Source: Mobula hypostoma (taxonomy: Eukaryota). Taken from it: 64,000 nt of DNA. Of the stretch, positions 23,201 through 36,689 are shown piece by piece. The DNA lies in contig NC_086118.1 of assembly GCF_963921235.1 (NCBI RefSeq), forward strand, positions 18,416,001 through 18,480,000. The letters are read 5' to 3'. Both the position numbers and the translations under genes were made by a program. The notes beneath the pieces are model-generated. The model was given only the letters and a program-made list of their open reading frames with translations. It made no database searches and was not told where the DNA came from. Every line of letters begins with the position of its first letter. Position 1 is the stretch's first letter.

Positions 23201-24600
23201 TCAAAGAAGCCTTTTGTAACACCCGGCTTGACAAATGTATCAAAGAGCTGCAATTATTCCACGTACTATGAGATCATCTCACGTAGAATCAGAATGGGAT
23301 CCGCACTCTGTACATATGTTGTTGCTGTGGCTTGTCAGAACTAAAATGACAACAATAGTAACACTCTTTAATCTTCTACTTGGAAGATAAGAATTAATCT
23401 TCACGTTGTTAAAACAACTTGCGTTGCACTCTGTCATCACCCATTGAACAGCAATTTAATCCCTAACTCTAACCCCAACACTAATCCACAGATAACCAGG
23501 TTTAACAGAAAGGCCTTCATAGATGTCTGGATAAACATGACTGGGAAAGAAACAGAGGCAGGCAATCCTCAGTAATGAATGTAGGAGAAGTTCATGAGGC
23601 TGAAACAATTTAACTTCAGAGGCAGTTTCCCTTTGTTTAAATTGATTTAATTTTTTTTACTGAATCCATAAATAGTTGTAACTGACAAAGTGAAAAAATG
23701 TCCTTAAGACTATATAAGTTTTACTAAACTCGTTACAGTTTGTATACAGTACATACAGAATGTGCTTTTACAGGTAATTTGAACAACAATTAAGTTACAG
23801 AAAAACAGTCAAGTACTGCTCATCCTGAAGCTTACTCAATTTTCAACCAATAGTTTGTGCAAAGTAACAGTTACAAAGGTACATTGTTATGTATACTACC
23901 ATAAACAATCATAAAATGACCAAAAACACAAAATCACCACCTTTCTTTTAGTAAATCCATAGTCTCCTACTAAAGTAAAAATGTTGTCATAACAATAGTC
24001 TGTCTCATAGCTAGTTACATACTAGCTGTAAATAAAACTCTAATCTGCATTATTTTTATTAGTGAAGATGATTAGCTATTACACTGCAACTGGTTCTGAA
24101 GCTAGTTCAAAACGGTGGATATAAAAGTTCACCCAAGTTTATATATGGTGAAAAGGCTGAACGGCTGCTACAAATCCTAAGCTGAGGAGGTAAATGCAGA
24201 AAAAAATACTATTGTAGCAGATCTCACAGATCGTGTGGATTCGATTATTATTAAATAGAGAGAACATAAAGTGTTACAGATTTCCCAAGGTACAGGTGCA
24301 TCCACTATGTAGTAAATATAACAGTTTCCATCAAACAAAGCCACAAATCCATTGCAGGACTTGGAATTATCATGTGTTGCCTGGGTTTAAACTGCAACCA
24401 ATTAGAGAACAAACTCTAATAGCTCCCCAGCATGTCCAATGTTATAGTATAATCATGCCAATCTCTTAAGGTCCATTTTAAACCTTCAATAGCACACCCT
24501 CCAACACAATGTTATATGACACGCAGGGTATGTGTTCTGTAGTTTAACTATTGAAATTCTAATCAAACTAGCTTTCTATTCTACAAGATTACATGGTAGC

Positions 24601-24929
24601 CAATATTCCCTCTAAAGTGTGTGTGTGTGCATGCACGCTAAGTTTTACTACAAGTGCACAAAAGAACTTAATCTGCACACAAAAGGTTGTCACCCTCTAC
24701 CTCCTTGGCATGTTAAGTATATTTCACGATTGTACACAATCACATTTCCTTTTTGCGGATGGTGTGGTGTTTATCATGACTTGCCTGCAGATTTTAGAAC
24801 TGGTTTATTTATACGTTTTTTTTAATTGAAGAAATTATTAATGTGCACACGTTGTTGTCACTGGGCAAAAAAAATGCACAGCACAAGATTTTTGAGCTCA
24901 CTGATCATTACAAATTAGAGGGAGCTTTG
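24601..24929. mobile_element. hAT-type MITE
   Basis: TIRs CAATATTCCCTCTAA / TTAGAGGGAGCTTTG; perfect 8-bp TSD ATGGTAGC at 24593-24600 and 24930-24937. Confidence 0.85.
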
Positions 24930-25496
24930 ATGGTAGCCTGGTATAAAATTCACAAAATGATGAACCTTTGACAATCTGATTACAGTCGCCCAATTTACTA
25001 TTCAGCACCTTCAGAAAAATTGATTGCCCAGTAATTTTCCCTGCTGACTTACCTTTCCTTGCTTTCTTCTGTGTTTGTGGTGATATTTCACTATGTTACT
25101 CCTGTGTTGCTGGTTCACTGGTAGATTTCTGTAGGCAGTGATCCCAGTGGAAGGATGTTGCACCCTGTCACCTGGTGCGGGCACTCCTCTGTCTCCTGAA
25201 CCTCCCGCAACCCCAGCAACCAGCTCACTCACCCAACAAATTGGTCCTGAGAACTGGGCCATTTACTTCAACTGCAAATCCTATCAGAAGAGTGACCATT
25301 GCAGTGGGTGTGGAAGATTTAAGTTCGTGATTAAATATTCCAATGTTAAGTTGCTTCAACTTTCATGATCATTGTGTGCTACCTGCTGGTTGGTAATGTT
25401 TTCGATAACAATGTGTGCAATGCTTGGAACCTTCTATTGTGGTGTTTATTAACTGTTTTTCTCATGAACCTTTTCTGACAGGCTCTCTCTGTAGAT

Positions 25497-25577
25497 TAGG
25501 GGTCCCCAACCTGGGCTCCACGGACCCCTAGGTTAATGGCAAGGGGTCTAAGGCATAAAAAAGGTTGTGAACCCTTG
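25497..25577. mobile_element. Tiny Charlie-like hAT MITE (81 bp)
   Basis: taggggtccccaacct ... aggttgtgaacccttg; degenerate 8-bp TSD ctgtagat / ctttggat. Confidence 0.65.
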
Positions 25578-25959
25578 CTTTGGATTGTACTGCCATTTGC
25601 AATGATTTGCTTACAAATTCATCTCTGATTGGTTGGGCAAGCCTGCTGATTGTGATGTCAGCATATCGTACTATGCCTCTGAACATCATTGCACTGTTCA
25701 CCTTTGGTCTCAAGTCATAGTTTACAGCTTCGCATCTTGGACCACAGAGTGAGGTTCATTCAATAATAAATTCAAACTATTTCTTTCCTGCTCTATGGGT
25801 GGATGCAGACCGCTTAGTGAACTTACCATAAGCTGAATTGAGATACATACTGTGCTTAAATAGATTTGTATTTATTTATTTAGGACCTATAGCAATGTAG
25901 CCATATAAAAAGCAGAGCTTCTTTTCCCAGACTGTGACCAAGAAATCAAGAATCTGTTA

Positions 25960-26132
25960 ATCACTGCCTTATGTATATTTAAGGCAGAGGTTGATAGATT
26001 GATTGGTCAGGGCATGAAGGGATCTGGGGAGAAGACAGGAGATTGGGGCTGAGAGGGAAAATTGATCAGGCATGATGAAATGGTGGAAATGATGAACAAA
26101 ATGGCTCCTATATTTTATAGTCTTATGGTCTA
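25960..26132 (+). mobile_element. CR1 3' end fragment
   Basis: tatatttaaggcagaggttgatagat...ggctcctatattttatagtcttatggtc. Confidence 0.7.
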
Positions 26133-27084
26133 AGAAATCTTGGGCAAGTTGTTCAGTATGATGCTGAGCCAAAACTTGGAACAAAGCAATACTTTAGAAC
26201 ACAGCCAGTGTGTGGTTCAGGGAATATGCATTCCCACTGGAACTTGGTTAAGTGGGTGCACTTAGGACAAGAATAGGCAACAAATACATCAGGGGCCCTG
26301 GAAGAACATGATAATGTCCACAGCGACGAAATAACTAGGAAAATAATAAAGGGAACAGTAAAGTAATAAATAATGGGTTCTGGTGCTGATTTTGTTTTAT
26401 AGCCAAATTGGAGGTATTTCAAATCCAACATTTCCTAACCGGTAAGAACTCAGGTTAAACTCATGATTGATGCTGCAATTACCTCAGTAAGATGGAATGG
26501 ATAATAATGATTTAAAAAGTAGTTGTCATCCAAAGGGAGCAATAACATTGAAAGGTGGGTGTTGATCATACTGCGGACCATTGGAGCTTTTGTAATTGTC
26601 AAGGTGAGCTACTCGTTTCTGAGACATCTAACTAGTGCCGGCTTCTTTCGTTTCAGGAGAGCCAGCTTCACTCTTGCAACATCATCAGGGAGTCACTTTT
26701 ACTCATTCTAGAAGCATTGCTGGTAGAAGATATCTAGAAATCTGATTTATAATGGCAAAATATCCCAACAAATGACTAAACAATTATACAATTTTCAAAT
26801 CAACTGCTGTTTGAATTATGCTATTATTTGAGGATTAGTCAAATGATTACTCTATCTCCATCTCATGCAAAATTTCTCATAGTTTATCCTCTGGAATGTA
26901 ATTTCTCAAGGGCACATGCCTACAATCTACTTGTAAATTTCACACTTTACACTGTAACAACCTAAATAATCCTTTAAACGCTTGCACTTCAGATTTGCAA
27001 CACCACTTTACCATTGTAGAGGGACTGTAACACCCTTCTAAATAGCAAGCTGTAACTATTGTTGTGCTTTAATCAATAAAATGT

Positions 27085-30062
27085 ACATTAGCTTGAAAGC
27101 ATCACTTTTATTTAGTTGGTGTCACTGTATTATTTACAGATAAAATACAAAGAATAACAGTGATGTACTAGGTCCTTTAAAAACTACAAACCTTCTTCCA
27201 CCTTTGCATACTTCTCCCATGTTGACCTCTGCTTTTGCATTGCAGTTTAACCATACCGATTTTCTGGACGAGCTCGCCACTGGTTAATATTTCTCCTTGC
27301 TGCCCTAAGCTTTGTGGCTGACATGATCTCTACTGAGCAAAATAAAATCCTCAATCATATATAAGACAAATATTAATGTTTGCGGCAAACTGATTACACT
27401 GTAACTTCTGGCTTATTTTATGGTCAGTCTCCCATTTCATTGCAATGACCAAAACACAGAAGATGACTGATAACTTGCTAACTATAAGCAATTAGCTGCT
27501 CACGCTGTCAGCCACAAGACTAATTCCACCTGCAAGTATTGAGGTATTAAAAAAATGCCCATGGAACAGCACCAACTGACGAGGAAAAGGCGTCTGAGGA
27601 GTAATTCTTTTATAAACGAATAAGTCATCCTTTTTTTGCACTGTCTCTACACTTTATTGGTGTCTGATCGAAGTCCTTATTGAGTCAGTAAGCCTAGACA
27701 ATTAATGTCTGCATCACTGCCACCAGTATGGTTCTGCATTTGGTGATAGCATGTTGACCCTCTTTAATGCTTCCCTTGCCTTCCTGTCTTTCAGGATGAA
27801 TTAATCAAATATGCCAGCAAGCTTCTTTACTAACCTGTCTAAAGGCATGGAAAATTTAATTTTAAATATATAGTGAAAACTAGGATTTGAATCCTGACCT
27901 TCAAAAAGAAATGTTAAATTACTGTAAAACTATGATCATACTGTGTAAGCTATTCTTCCATTCATTTTTAAAGCAATGCAATGCACATTCCTCATTTGCC
28001 AGTATGGCTATGAAGTGGGATCTCACTGATAGTGGTAGATAATGTGTAATGCTGATATTCATACACATTACAAAAGAATCGTCACAGGAGACATGTGTGA
28101 GCCTAAAATGTTTTGTAAGTGTCCAGATAATTAAAATAGCATACAGTTTCAAATCATCATCTAATCATATTTTTAGTTGTGATGTACTCACATTTTAGGA
28201 ACTTGCTAATGAAGATAAAATCCGTATCTAACTAGTTAATTATTACATAATGGCCTACATTGCACAAAAAATTCCAAGTACATTTCCAGGCCTCCAATAT
28301 AACACAGAAGATCACACCACTGCTACATTATAGGATCTCTTCCACTTGTGTGTAAAGTCACCACAAGCCATTCAATGACATAAACATCATTCAACACTAC
28401 ACAATGCATGCCTGAACAGGCCAGCACTTGTCCAATATTTATATATAGCTTCAAACTTGCAAATTACAATTTTAACATACTTTGTTTTACAAATCCAGAG
28501 GCTCCATCAATTTTGCAAGCAGCAGATCTGAATGAATACTTAGCATGCTAATCTGTGGGGATATCGACTTCCAGATCCAGCCTAAGAGTCCTATGCACTC
28601 TGTTTTTAAAAAAATGCTGAATTCCATCATTAGATTGTGCCAGTGCATGGCTCTCCAAACTACTGCACTTCATGTCCAGACGAGCACGGTGCCTACCGAA
28701 CCCAAACCATGAGACGAATCATCAGTGTTTAAGGAGAGTAAAGGTGAGCAGGAAATGACAAGGGGAATGGTTGAAAACCTGAAAACAACAAATGTGCGCA
28801 GATGTTGTAAAATAAATAATTGACGTTGAGCAGATGAAACACTGAATACAGTGAAGTACATGTAAAATAAGAGAAAGACGAAGTACAGATCAAAAGACAG
28901 AAGAAAACAATGAAACATGGCACTCCTGTCATTACAAATGTATAAAGCTGCTTTCCTCCACCTTCTACAGTACACTTTATGTTATCTGCATGCCTGTAAG
29001 TTCTTGGGTACCACCTCTTCTTGTTGACTGACATAAATAAATGATTCACGAGGTTCACCTCAAACCATCACTAATTTCAGCGCTTTGGCATGATTAGTGA
29101 TTTCAATGCCCGAGTGGCATTTCATATGTCAGAAGTGAATCTGATAGTAAAGTCCATGAAGTTTAAAAAGAAAGGTAAGCAACATCCTCCCAGGTTCAAA
29201 AATTCATTTACAGAGACCCATGCCCACGAAATTAAATTATCATCTTGTAAATGCTACAGATTTCTCAGAAATTTTTCCGCTCAGTAAAAAAGTCATACTG
29301 TTGGAAAAAAAATTATGGAACTCATTGCCACTTATCAAAAGTGGTAGAGGTATGCTCAATAATGCAACCTTTAATTCTTTCTATAATGGTATTACTTGAC
29401 CATCCCAGGCCTGGAATTCTAACCAACCATTCAAAGGGCAAAATAAGCATGGAAGAAAAGCCAGCTGTGCCCCAATCTTGTGTACGGAAATGGTTACCGA
29501 TAAGTTGGCCGAATTAAATTTTAACTGTACATGCTTAGAAGATGGAAAATCTTAACGCACTGCCTGGGATGATATGGTACAAGCGTCTTTGTTTTCATGT
29601 CGCGTAATCTGAACAATTCTAATTCCCAAATTTAAAAAATCAGTCTCTTTCAAACAAATAATTTCAATCTCCAAAAGTAGCAATAGTAGTCGGTTAGAAA
29701 TTTAACCTCTGATTTTGTTGCTCTGATCAGGCCTGTTCCATCGATTACCATACCACATGGCTTCCTTTGATAGAAACTGTCAGGTGACCTGGTTGGTTCA
29801 CCACCTTCTGTTGTGCTAATGTACCAACTAAAATGAAAACCTTGAATAAAACTAGGAATTGATGTTAAGTATCTCTGAAAAGACTGAAGCCTTGTATAGT
29901 ATACCATTTCGTTTAGATAAACAAATACATTTGCCTAAATAACATATCAGAAATTAGAGTGTGAGTAATTAGCGTAGTCTGACAGTGCCATTGTCCTGTG
30001 GTTCACTGACAAAACCTTCTACACTCCTGTTACTGTAGAATCGGCAATTGACTTTTTTAAGA
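27085..30062 (-). other. SHISA6: Probable SHISA6 3' UTR with candidate polyadenylation signal
   Basis: About 3 kb of AT-rich sequence with no recognisable TE directly after the stop codon. Minus-strand AATAAA at 27112-27107 is preceded by a Pumilio-type TGTAAATA at 27138-27131. The true 3' end cannot be fixed from DNA alone. Confidence 0.45.
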
Positions 30063-30649
30063 TCAAACAGTCACTTCTGTTTTGCTGGCTGTATGGTAAT
30101 TACGGTGATGTCCTGGGATATAGTGGAGCTGTTCCACTGTGTTGTGCCGACGTGAAGCAAAGGCATGTCGCTTAGCAGCAGTGTGATTCGTCTGATTTAT
30201 ACTTAAGGTATTGGACGAAGAGTTTGAGGCACTGGGATGTGAGTGCATTTTTGTCATCTTATAACGATCTAAGACGGGCGTAGATACAAAGACATCTGTG
30301 TGGGATTGAGACAAAGCCCTGGACATGGCCTTCTCACGGAATGCGGAGCGTTTGAGGGACATGACTTTGTCTGGAGAGAGTAGAGGATCCTGGGACTGAA
30401 GGCGTTCAGCTGACAATAGTTGTTCATCAGATAGGATGCGCTCATAAGACAAGACACATTCTTGAGGCACGTCTCTCTCTGGGGACAGGACTCTGTCCTG
30501 TGACATGGCTCGCTCTGGTCGCCTCGGCCTCTCCCTATGGTTACTGTGTTCCTGATTCATTTTAATAACATGGAGAGGCAGAGTTCCTCTTGCTGCCAAG
30601 TCTGGAAGATGCCTTCTTTTCATGTAGTATTCATCCATCTCCTTCTCAC
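30063..30649 (-). CDS. SHISA6: Terminal coding exon of SHISA6 (CKAMP52, AMPA-receptor auxiliary subunit)
   Basis: Translates (S)EKEMDEYYMKRRHLPDLAARGTLPL...RAMSQDRVLSP...AKRHAFASRRHNTVEQLHYIPGHH...ASKTEVTV*, matching the SHISA6 C-terminus with its PDZ-binding EVTV. The acceptor reads ttctaactcatccccgcag|GT and is phase 1, compatible with the upstream exon. Confidence 0.95.
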
Positions 30650-32319
30650 CTGCGGGGATGAGTTAGAATCACATTTTAGATTGCCATCAACAAAAGAGCT
30701 TACATTTCTGAAAGAATGCATTAACCACAGTTAAGGCTGTCCCTTATCCAATTTTCATTTGGGTGGTCCCATTTTCAAAGAAGATGCTCTCAGATTCCAG
30801 GAATATAAACTAGATGTAAATAGTGAAAAGGGGTTCCCTTTGTTTATCCCCTCTTGCTGAATATTACAAAATAGGGCTATTGTTTTGCAGAATTTTTAAT
30901 AACAACGAAAAAATCAGCAAAGCTCTTACCATAATCTTACTTTTTCAAACCAACCAACAATCCAGTTTTGGATTTGGTTAAAAAAAGAAAAACAGCCTTA
31001 AATGTAATTTTATTTAGAACATTTAGGTTTCAATCAACTGTACTAAGCAACATGTATAGCATGTAAGACTTGTGTACTTTCCTGTAATACAACAGTCATG
31101 AATGATTTTATTAACAGAACTATTCATAGATATTCATGCGGAGGTATGTGCAACATAGAATGCATTTGATTGTGGAATGCATGAGCTTCCTTTCTGACAG
31201 ATAAAGACTGACAGAAATGTCTCCCATGAGGACAGGTATAAATGAAAAAACATAGCTGAAGCAGACAGGCATCAGCAGCATAACTGCAACTATCATGGTA
31301 CATACATCTCACTTGACTCAGTTGTCTGATGTGAAATTATTGTGCTTGCATAAGACTGGCAATTATGAAGTTATTTCTGTCTACTGTATGTTATTCAAGG
31401 TTACCAGGTATACCTCACCAGGCCTGGTAAAATGTTCCAACTTCTTATATTTTCAGGAAATTTCAGGCATCTTTCTTGGATTTTATTTGTTAATATTTGT
31501 TGCAACTTATGTGTGTGCTCACTTTTTTTAAAGTGAAAATCTCCTTTGAATTGTTTTCCTTTTATATTTTAATATTTTCTTCTTACATTTCACAATGTTA
31601 AGGTTTGGCACCATTTTCAACTTTATATAATTTCTTTCCCTTTATTTTAACCCAAGTAATTGCCGTCTTCAATACTCAATACCTTGCTTGTAAGGATTCA
31701 TAATCTTTTTTTTAAGAATGATCTGCTTTTCTTTACATTGTTCAAATTCTTTATGACAATTATCTTTGTTTATGACACATTTTGTTATATTTCCTCCTTC
31801 TCCCTAGGGTGCAATATTCCTCTTATTTTTAGATTCTTGATATTATTGCATGCAGTCCTTCTTGTCAGCGTGGCCAATAACTTGATTTCTTTTTCCAACC
31901 CTATCAGACATTCATTGATCATATTATACCAGATAGAATTACTTTAAGAAGAAAATGTTTGTGTAAAATCCTAACGTAGCTGATTCTGTGCAATTGGCTT
32001 CATTTGTATTGCAGAATGGACTTCATTATTCACCACAGCAAAAGAGCAGCATCCTCACAATGATCCTTCCCCCACAGTCAGAGATCATGGGAGCCATGTC
32101 TCTGACTCCTATGAGCCACTAGGAGGATTAGTTTATCAACACCCTGAACAATGAGAGTTTCTGCTTCTGACAGTACTATTGTGCACTGTTAAAGGGATAT
32201 CTTCACTGGTCTTTCCAGTTGGTCATGCCACAGTTGTCTTGTAATAGATGCGACAAAATTAGAGGTATAATAATATCAGTGATAGATGTCACAACATGAA
32301 GGAAGAACACATTTAAAGT

Positions 32320-32512
32320 AAAGTCTCAGCAGGATAGGCAGCATCTCTACAATGAGAAACAGAAATAACATTTCAGGTGGAAATACTTGGTGAGAATGAA
32401 GGATCGTCAATGTAAAATGTTAGCTTGTTTCTTTTCCATAGATGCTGCCTGACCTGCTGAATGTTTTCAGCATATCCTGATTTTGTTTCAGATTTCCAGC
32501 ATCTGCATTTCA
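32320..32512. mobile_element. Old miniature inverted PLE-derived element
   Basis: ctcagcaggataggcagcatct ... agatgctgcctgacctgctgaatg inverted arms followed by the tail gatttccagcatctgca. Confidence 0.6.
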
Positions 32513-32753
32513 TGTAACACCCCATCGAACTGTATCCAGCCCTGCTCGAGCTGCAATGTCTGTAGGTCTTCATAATGGCAATAAGGTCTTGACCATCTAT
32601 GAAGAATGCATCACGATGAAGTTGAACAGTTGTTACTCTTGCTTGAGCAACAGCTGGGACACTGAAAGACCAAGACACTTACAAGTTTGTGGCATTTAAA
32701 AGTAAAATAAGTTACCAGATCCAAGATCCTAGGTATGGTGCAAAATAATGTTA

Positions 32754-32966
<213 letters not shown>

Positions 32967-33787
32967 CTAATGTGAAAGTTCAACAACATATAAATCATCT
33001 TTCTCCTCCACTCTACTTTTGAAAGGTATAGAATATATGAAAAAAATTGCTCCACACTAGATATTTTGATCGATTGACCTTTTTAAATGGTTGTCAGAGC
33101 TAGTCCAACTTGCATTTTTGCATATCCTGAAAAAAATGACTTTTTATAAAACTTAGCAATGGTAATTCTGGTTAATTGTTCTCCCCTCAGTTTATCAGAG
33201 CAGAAACCAACATTAGTTGCCCAGGTATAATCTTACTCATCTAACAGTAAACATAAAATGTAATGGAAAATTGTGAGTCTAATACACAATTAATGAATGC
33301 ATGATTTCTCCATTCTGTTATTGTTTTTTCATTATACCACCTCAATGCACTGAGTAATGAATTGATCTGTATGAACAATATGCAAGACAAGCTTTTCACT
33401 GTACCTCAGCATATGTGACAATGATAAACCAACCAACCAATTTTCCTTCTGGTTCTTCCATTCACGCAAAAACCCAACTTCACTTATTCTCCTTATCTGC
33501 CCACACTCACCAACCACTCACAACCTCACTTCCAGGTTGCCCATTAACCCAAGAACACCTGCACCTCCATTATCACTACCTACAGCATTCTTCTACCATC
33601 CAAACACCTCCTTGACATCTCTACCAAAGGAGTCTCTGCTGTCACTCAGTCTGACCTCTCTACTAACCCTAAACCAATCCACTTAGCTACTGATTGGTCC
33701 CTTTTACCTGCCAATCCTACTTCTGATCTGCAAGCATTTCACTGAAACCCCTCCCCACCCCCCACCAGTACGCACTATGGTAGCATT

Positions 33788-36290
33788 CAAGATTCAAAAT
33801 CGTTTAATGTCATTTCCAGTGCCCAAGTGCAAAGCGCAATAAAATAATTCTTACTTTGGATTCAATGTAGAACAAAAGAAAACCACAATAAGATAAAGAG
33901 TATAATGACAATAAAAATACACAATAAATATAAATACATGACATAGGTTATATACCTTAGATTGACTCCATGTCTATAAACAGATGCTAGGCACAGGAGT
34001 GTCTGTACAGAAGGTGATTGGCAGCAAATGATTAAAGTAGTGGTTGCATAAAGTGATAATTACATAACCTCCTCCCTGATGGGAGTGGGTCAAACAGTCT
34101 ATGAGCAGGGTGAGTGAGATGCTTTGTAATGTTACTGGCCCTTTTCTGTACATATGTCCTTGATGCCGGGTAGACTGGAGGGGCCAGTGATGCATTGAGC
34201 AGTATTGACTACTCATTGCAGCACCTTCCTCTCCACCACAGTGCAGTTTCCATTGCATGCAGTGATGCTGCTAGTTAGGATGCTCTCTACTGCATGCCTG
34301 TAGAAGGGTGTGTATAGATGTGCTTAATTCAGCTGTCTTCAGTCTCCTCAGGAGAAGATGAGCTGGTGAGATTTACTGATTGTGTAGAATGTCTTCTGGG
34401 ACCACGAGCGGTTGTGCGAGGTGTGCCCTCCTAGGAGTTTGAATCTGCTCATAGGTTTCACTGCCGTGCCACCGACGTAAAGGGGTTGTGAGTGGTGCAA
34501 GTTCTCCAGAAGTTAATAACCATCTCCTTCACTTCATCTTGTTGGCATTGAGCAAGAGGTTATTTGCCTGGCTCCAGGTCTCGAGCTATCCACCTCCACT
34601 CTGTAGGCAGTCTCGTCATTGTGATGCGTCCCACCATTGTCATGTCATAGGCAAATTTGACAATGTGATTACTCGGGCATTTGGCCATACAGCCAGAAGT
34701 GAGCAGACTGTACAGCACACAGCCCTGGGGGCACCCGTGTTGAAGATGATGGGGCGGGAGGAGCACTTGTGTATCCTGACCATCTGAAGTCTGTTAATTA
34801 GGAAGACCAACACCCAGTTACAAGGTGGTCTATTTAAGATCGAGCATTAAGAGTTTGTTCACCAAGGTCTGTGGGTCAATAGTGTTGAAAGCCAAACTGA
34901 AGTCCAGACATTGCATTCTGATATAAGTGTTCTTGTTTTTTAGGTTCGTCAGTGCCAGGTGCATGACAGATGCTATGGATCTGCTGTACAGTGATTTTGT
35001 CACTGAGCTCATTGGTGAATGCCCAATATGGCAGGAATCGAGGTTCTGATATGTGTTATTACCGGCTGTTCAAAGCACTTCGTGATGATTATTTCAGTGC
35101 CACCAGGCATAGTCATTTAGTTCTGAAGGTGTAGAGTTCCTTGATATAGGGATGATGGTGGCTGATATGGAAATAGCAGCCTAGATGAGTGAAGTGTTGA
35201 AGATGTCCATGAAGTCATCAGTGAGTGGTGTGGACACTGCGTGAGTACTTGATCTCGGATGTAGTGTGGCCCAGGCACCTTACAGAGGTTGACTCTCAGC
35301 CAAGTCCTTCCTACATCTACTGCTACAGACAGTGGATACACTCCTGGGGGGGCGGGGGTAGCTTTTGTGGCCAGCATGGCATTGCATGTCTCGAAGCTTG
35401 TATAGAGATTGTTTGGAGGGTCAGGCTGGGAGGCATCACTGATATAGTTCATGTTATTTCTTCATGTAGTCAGTAATGCCCTTGAAGCCCAGCCACATAC
35501 GCTGAAGATGGTTATCTGACAGGCGTTCCTGATTTTTTTGAGTGTAGGTGGACTTTTCCCTCTTGAAGCCTAAGATGAGGTTTTTTCTTGCTGCTGTGAG
35601 AGCTGTTCTGTCACCAGACCTGAAAGCATTATCCCAGACTTTTAGTGGGGAATGCACCTCAGCTCAGCGTTCAGCTGGTTCACAGGTTGGGCTGCGAGAA
35701 GATTGCCCTTAAAGAGCCAACGTCACCTACACACCTACTGATGTAGCTGGTGATGGATGAGGCATATTCCTTGAGGTCTGTGTGTTCGTGACAGCAACTT
35801 TGAACATCTGCCAGTTAATCTGTTGAAAACAGTCCTGAAATATAGAGGTTGCCTCTTTAGGCAATACATTGATGGTTTCTCTTGACTGGTTTCAGCAGAG
35901 GTCAGTGTGCTGGGATTAACATTATGGAGATGTGGTCAGAGAGACCAAGATGAAAGCGTGGGATAGCTTTGTAAGCACCACATCTACTTGTATGAAGATG
36001 GTCATGTCTATTTGTTCCCCTAGTGACCGTGGTGACATGTTGGTGGAATTTGGGTAAAAGGCCTTGCAGGTTAACATGATTGAAGTGTCCTGCGTTTATG
36101 AAGAGACTGTCGAGATGCTCGTTTTGTAGAGAGCTGATGATATTGTAAAGCTCTCCCAGTGCATCCTTGGCATTCACATTTGGGGCACATAGACAGCAGT
36201 GATGAACACAACAGTAATCTCTCTAAGTAGGTAATGTGGCTGGCATTTATTTGTAATATGTTCAATAACATGCCTGGCATATCTCATATC
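33788..36290 (-). mobile_element. Degenerate Rex1/Babar-type LINE (APE + RT + 3' end)
   Basis: Remnants AGHFNHVNL...FHQHV, HLGLSDH, DFSLAFNTI, PQGCVL, IVKFAYD; tail ttcaagattcaa on the plus strand. Confidence 0.8.
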
Positions 36291-36689
36291 TAGCCGAATC
36301 TACAACAGTGCATCTGATTTCTTTCAGAAGCACATAGAAAAAGTCTGCTACATATGCAAGTTCACGGAGAAAATTAATTTCTAAGGCAGCAAGCACTCTC
36401 AACCCCTTTGGAGTCTGTTAGTTCATTTGGCCCTATTAAAGTTGGCTCACTGTGCTTGGCTTGTACCAAAAAATGAATACATTTAGAGGAACATTTAAAC
36501 CCTTAAATTTCCTTCTACCATAAGATTCCATTAGTCTCAAATCACATCGTGTACTAGACAAGGTGACAGAATGGTCTTCCCTGCCTATCCAAGGTCTCTT
36601 TATTACGTTTTGCTTATTATATTTTTGGGAGGCAGGCACAAGTCTCAACCATGGCAGAGACACTGTGCTCAATGTAAACCCCCAGGAAT

